A stretch of 39,583 nucleotides of DNA from Spongiibacteraceae bacterium. GTDB taxonomy: Bacteria > Pseudomonadota > Gammaproteobacteria > Pseudomonadales > CAMLJR01. The notes below the pieces were generated by a model. The model was not told the DNA's origin. It made no database searches and saw only the letters and a program-made list of their open reading frames with translations. Below, piece by piece: positions 35,595 to 39,583 of this stretch. The position numbers and the translations under genes were made by a program. Numbering within the stretch: the stretch's first letter is position 1; each line of letters begins with the position of its first letter. The DNA lies in contig DASXYH010000219.1 of NCBI GenBank assembly GCA_036502545.1, positions 1 through 39,583 on the forward strand, written 5' to 3'.

Positions 35595-37259
35595 TCAATC
35601 ATCCGCATAAATATCCCTATCCTTCGTCTCCGGTATAAAAACAATCCCAACAATAAAAGTCATTAACGCGCACACAGCCGGATACCACAAGCCAAAATAA
35701 ATATTACCGGTCGCGGCGACCATCGCGAAGGCGGAGGCGGGCAATAATCCGCCGACCCAGCCGCTGCCGATGTGATACGGCATCGACATCGCGGTGTAGC
35801 GAATGCGGGTTGGAAATAATTCGACGAGGGCGGCGGCGATCGGGCCGTAGGTCATCGCGGCGTATAAGCCCAATATCACGAGCAGCAACACCACCATCGG
35901 CCAATTGATTTTCGTGGCGTCGGCGTGGTCGGGATAGCCCGCTTGTTTAATGGCGGCGCTCATTTGCGTATTGAATGCGGCGAGTTGCGCGGCGAATTCT
36001 TCTTTCGATAATCCGGTGCCTTCGAAACTGTTGATCGTCGTGTCGCCGATTTTTATTGAGGCGATTGTTCCTGGCACGGCATTTTGATTGGTATAGCTGA
36101 CGCTGCTGCGCGCGAGAAATGCTTTGGCGATATCGCACGAGCTGGTGAATTGCGCGGTGCCGACCGGATTGAATTGAAACGAACATGTTTGTGGATCGGC
36201 GAATACCTGCACCGGCGCGTTTTGCTGCGCTTGTGCCAGCGCCGGGTTGGCGTTTTGCGTAATGGCTTTGAAGATTGGCATATAGCTAAATGCCGCGAGC
36301 AGACAACCGGTCATGATGATCGGTTTGCGGCCGAGTTTATCGGATAGCGCGCCGAATAAAACGTATAGCGGTGTTGTCAGCGCGACCGATATTCCGATCA
36401 ATAAATTTGCACTGAGTCCATCGACTTTCAATGTCTGCGTCAAAAAAAACAACGCATAAAATTGCGCGGTGTACCACGCGGTGGCTTGACCGGCGGTAAG
36501 GCCGAACAAAGCAAAAAACACCAGCTTTACATTACGCCATTCGCCGAACGTTTCGCGCAGCGGCGCCTTCGATGTTTTGCCTTCCGCTTTGATACGCAGA
36601 AATACCGGCGATTCGCTCAGCGATAAGCGAATCCATACCGAGATCGCGAGCAAAAATACCGAGATCAAAAATGGAATGCGCCAACCCCAATCCGCGAACA
36701 CTTCTTCACCGAGATATTTGCGTGCGCCGATGATGATGACGAGCGATAACAGCAATCCGACATTCGCGGTGGTTTGAATCCAGCCGGTATATAAGCCGCG
36801 TTTGCGTTGCGGCGCATGTTCCGCAACATATGTTGCCGCGCCGCCGTATTCGCCGCCGAGCGCGAGACCTTGCGCGAGCCGCAGCAATACCAATGCAATC
36901 GGCGCGGCGATGCCGATGCTGTGATACGAAGGCAGGCAGCCGACGAAAAATGTCGACAGGCCCATGATTATTATCGTGATAAGAAATGTATGTTTGCGGC
37001 CGACGCGATCGCCGAGCCGGCCGAATACCAGCGCGCCGAACGGGCGCACCGCGAAGCCGGCGGAAAATGCGAGCAGTGCAAAAATAAATGCGGCGGTTTC
37101 ATTCACGCCGGAAAAAAATTGTTTGCTGGTGATCGCGGCGAGCGAGCCGTATAAAAAGAAATCATACCATTCGAACATGGTGCCGAGCGCCGAGGCGAAA
37201 ATTACTTTGCGTTCGGCGCGCGTGATGCGAGTTGCTGCAGTCATTTCCAATTGTTGCAT
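35595..37259 (-). CDS. MFS transporter, metabolite:H+ symporter (MHS/ProP-like) family, paralog 1
   Basis: 554 aa. Motifs are FEWYDFFLYGSLA, GRLGDRVGRK and LGGEYGGAATYVAEHAP. A roughly 110-aa hydrophilic insert lies between late TM helices. An in-frame ATG at 37244 is an alternative start. Confidence 0.85.
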   Translation of the reverse strand: MQQLEMTAATRITRAERKVIFASALGTMFEWYDFFLYGSLAAITSKQFFSGVNETAAFIFALLAFSAGFAVRPFGALVFGRLGDRVGRKHTFLITIIIMGLSTFFVGCLPSYHSIGIAAPIALVLLRLAQGLALGGEYGGAATYVAEHAPQRKRGLYTGWIQTTANVGLLLSLVIIIGARKYLGEEVFADWGWRIPFLISVFLLAISVWIRLSLSESPVFLRIKAEGKTSKAPLRETFGEWRNVKLVFFALFGLTAGQATAWYTAQFYALFFLTQTLKVDGLSANLLIGISVALTTPLYVLFGALSDKLGRKPIIMTGCLLAAFSYMPIFKAITQNANPALAQAQQNAPVQVFADPQTCSFQFNPVGTAQFTSSCDIAKAFLARSSVSYTNQNAVPGTIASIKIGDTTINSFEGTGLSKEEFAAQLAAFNTQMSAAIKQAGYPDHADATKINWPMVVLLLVILGLYAAMTYGPIAAALVELFPTRIRYTAMSMPYHIGSGWVGGLLPASAFAMVAATGNIYFGLWYPAVCALMTFIVGIVFIPETKDRDIYADD

Positions 37260-37281
37260 TCCTCAATCATGCTGATGGATA

Positions 37282-38937
37282 TCAATCGTGCTGATAGATA
37301 TCGACGTCTTTGGTTTCGCGAATGCACAGCGTGCCGATGACTAGTGTCATCGTCGCCACCACAATCGGATACCAAAGACCGTAATAAATATCGCCGGTCG
37401 CGGCCACCATCGCGAATGCGGTGGTCGGCAAAAAACCACCGAACCAGCCGTTGCCGATGTGATACGGCAGCGACATCGACGAGTAGCGAATGCGTGTGGG
37501 AAATAATTCAACCAGAATGGCGGCGATCGGGCCGTATACCATCGTCACGTAAAGAACGAGGAGCGTCAGCAATACGATAACCATCGGTTTATTGATTTGC
37601 GCCGGATCGGCCTTGGCCGGGTAGCCCGCCGCGCTGACTGCATCGCCGAGTTGTTTGTTGAAGGCATCCGAGCGCTGCTTGAATTCTTCTTTGCTTAAGC
37701 TCGCGCCTTCGAAACTCTCGATGACGGTGTCGCCGATTTTCACCGAAGCCACCGCGCCTCGCGGCAATACATTGTTCGCATAATTCACGCTGTTTTTTGC
37801 CAGAAACGATTTGACGATATCGCACGAGTTGGTGAAACGCGTCTTGCCGACCGGATCGAATTGAAACGAGCATGCGACGGGATCGGCATTCACGACCACC
37901 GGCGCATTCGTCTGCGCGGTTTCGAGGGCGGGATTGGCAAAATGCGTGAGCCCTTTGAAAATCGGAAAATACGTCAGCGCGGCGAGCAGACAACCGGCCA
38001 TGATGATCGGCTTGCGGCCGATTCGGTCCGATAGTCCGCCGAAAATAACGAAGAACGGCGCCGCGATTAGCAGCGATATCGCGATATAAATATTCGCGGC
38101 CGCATCGTTAACCTTCAATATTTTGGTGAGAAAAAATAATGCGTAGAACTGGCCGGTGTACCACACGACTGCCTGACCAGCGGTAAGCCCGAACAGCGCA
38201 AGAATAACAATTTTCAAATTTTTCCATTGCCCGAACGATTCGCGCAGTGGCATTTTCGATTGCTTGCCTTCGGCCTTCATGCGTTGAAATGCGGGCGATT
38301 CGCTCAGCGAAAGACGAATCCACACCGAGATGGCCAACAGCAGCGACGACACTAAAAATGGCACGCGCCATCCCCAAGCTGCAAAATCATCTTCGCCGAT
38401 GAGCGTGCGCGTCAGCAGAATAACCAGCAACGATAAAAATAATCCCAGCGTTGCCGTGGTTTGAATCCAACTCGTGAACAGGCCGCGTTTACCGTGCGGC
38501 GCATGTTCCGCCACATAGGTTGCGGCGCCGCCGTACTCGCCGCCCAGCGCAAGCCCTTGCAGCAAACGCAGGCCGATCAAAATCACCGGTGCGGCGAGGC
38601 CGATCGATGCATATGACGGCAGGCAGCCGACGACAAAAGTCGATAGGCCCATGATCAGAATTGTGACGAGGAACGTGTATTTGCGTCCGACCAGATCGCC
38701 GAGCCGGCCAAATACCAAGGCACCGAACGGCCGCACGGCAAATCCAGCCGCGAACGCGAGCAATGCGAAAATGAATGCTGCGGTGTCGTTGACGCCGGAA
38801 AAAAATTGCTTGCTGATAATTGCGGCGAGCGAGCCGTACAGATAAAAGTCGTACCATTCGAATACGGTGCCGAGCGATGAAGCGAATACCACTTTGCGTT
38901 CGGCGTTGGTCATGATGGGCGTTTGCTGATTTTGCAA
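37282..38937 (-). CDS. MFS transporter, MHS/ProP-like family, paralog 2 (tandem duplicate)
   Basis: 551 aa, collinear with paralog 1 throughout. TTG 38937 is preceded by AAGGAG at 6 nt. An in-frame ATG at 38913 is an alternative start. Confidence 0.85.
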   Translation of the reverse strand: MQNQQTPIMTNAERKVVFASSLGTVFEWYDFYLYGSLAAIISKQFFSGVNDTAAFIFALLAFAAGFAVRPFGALVFGRLGDLVGRKYTFLVTILIMGLSTFVVGCLPSYASIGLAAPVILIGLRLLQGLALGGEYGGAATYVAEHAPHGKRGLFTSWIQTTATLGLFLSLLVILLTRTLIGEDDFAAWGWRVPFLVSSLLLAISVWIRLSLSESPAFQRMKAEGKQSKMPLRESFGQWKNLKIVILALFGLTAGQAVVWYTGQFYALFFLTKILKVNDAAANIYIAISLLIAAPFFVIFGGLSDRIGRKPIIMAGCLLAALTYFPIFKGLTHFANPALETAQTNAPVVVNADPVACSFQFDPVGKTRFTNSCDIVKSFLAKNSVNYANNVLPRGAVASVKIGDTVIESFEGASLSKEEFKQRSDAFNKQLGDAVSAAGYPAKADPAQINKPMVIVLLTLLVLYVTMVYGPIAAILVELFPTRIRYSSMSLPYHIGNGWFGGFLPTTAFAMVAATGDIYYGLWYPIVVATMTLVIGTLCIRETKDVDIYQHD

Positions 38938-39088
38938 GAGCTGCTCCTTACCGATTTATTGTTGTGTCTGTGCGTGCCGGTATTGTTCACTTTGCGCGGC
39001 CAGAGTAGAACAACAGCACTGTCGCTCGCAATAAGACACTACGAATCGCTATACCATTTTTAGGTTTTGACGATGTTGGGTGACGAAA

Positions 39089-39282
39089 GCGCGAAGAGGG
39101 GGTTCTCTTTTTCGGGACAAGAAGGTGATGTTATCGAAGCTGTGGTGCAATCGTCCCCGGAGAAGTCATCGAGTACTGCTAGGCCGACTACTCCGCGCTT
39201 TCGGCGTGCTTGCCACGGAAGTCCGGAAAAAGAGAACCCCCTCTTCGCGCAACCATCTCCGAGCGTGCGACGAATTCAGTGG
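39089..39282 (+). mobile_element. divergent or degenerate copy C of the MITE-like repeat (inner stem, core and right arm; no recognisable TIRs)
   Basis: The inner inverted repeat, 39089-39118 vs 39221-39250, is 29/30 complementary. The core is homologous to copy A in the same orientation. The right arm aaccatctccgagcgtgcgacgaattcagtgg is alignable to copy A 358-392. The terminal 'ctgattaagtg' motif is absent. Confidence 0.65.
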
Positions 39283-39447
39283 CTCAAGCTTTTAAAAGCC
39301 CGGCGATAGCCAACTTGGCTTAGGCCTTTTGGACTATGAATTTCGCGCGCATATGCGCTAACGTGAACGCCATTGCAATAGCGCTGCGGCGCGGTTGCAC
39401 ATCGTCCCGAACGCTTACGTGTCCAGTCTTACGCAGGAAAATAGATC

Positions 39448-39583
39448 ATGAGAGAAGCCGTTATTGTTTCCACCGCCCGCACCCCGATCGGCAAAGCATT
39501 TCGCGGCGCCTTCAACGATACCGAAGCCCCGGCCATGAGCGGCCACGTGGTGCGCACCGCCGTCGCGCGTTCGGGTATCGATC
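39448..39583 (+). CDS. acetyl-CoA acetyltransferase (thiolase), N-terminal fragment running off the window
   Basis: My translation gives MREAVIVSTARTPIGKAFRGAFNDTEAPAMSGHVVRTAVARSGID. The segment IVS.ARTPIGKA.RGAF is the canonical thiolase N-terminus. AGGAAA lies upstream. Confidence 0.8.
   Translation, partial: MREAVIVSTARTPIGKAFRGAFNDTEAPAMSGHVVRTAVARSGID

Overview
The window looks like a gammaproteobacterial chromosome segment, inferred from the synteny thrS-infC-rpmI-rplT-pheS-pheT-ihfA-merR-tRNA-Pro. I see five blocks.
(1) 755-10858 is a tightly packed, same-strand 12-gene operon. It encodes two tandem Rieske oxygenases, a fatty acyl-AMP ligase (FAAL), a stand-alone ACP, a leaderless periplasmic-binding-protein-fold protein, a 4HBT thioesterase, a TSUP/TauE membrane protein, a FabZ-like dehydratase, an AurF-family diiron oxygenase, a 2Fe-2S ferredoxin, a membrane His-box desaturase and a DUF4442-type hotdog protein. 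It has no ketosynthase or NRPS module, and I cannot match it to a characterised pathway. This is my main candidate for an undescribed system.
(2) 10942-20509 carries ordinary metabolism and transport genes: a large acyl-CoA dehydrogenase, a CPA2 antiporter, an orphan RHH protein with upstream direct repeats, modABC, an SDR, and an LLM oxidoreductase with a divergent TetR.
(3) 20638-28215 is the conserved translation-gene block, ending in tRNA-Pro(GGG).
(4) 28216 to about 35594 is a decayed accessory island next to tRNA-Pro. It holds a frameshifted P4-type integrase, higBA with a damaged higB start, an IS21 istB remnant, a truncated PP2C phosphatase, an intact M50 protease-HlyD fusion and a gene broken into three pieces.
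(5) The remainder holds two tandem MFS paralogs and the start of a thiolase.
Superimposed on this are three copies of a roughly 275-bp MITE-like structured repeat. Two copies have terminal inverted repeats and 4-bp target duplications. The 30-bp inner stem of the repeat shows fully compensated sequence changes between copies. No CRISPR array or rRNA gene is present. All calls rest on reading the sequence and ORF translations by eye; no searches were run.
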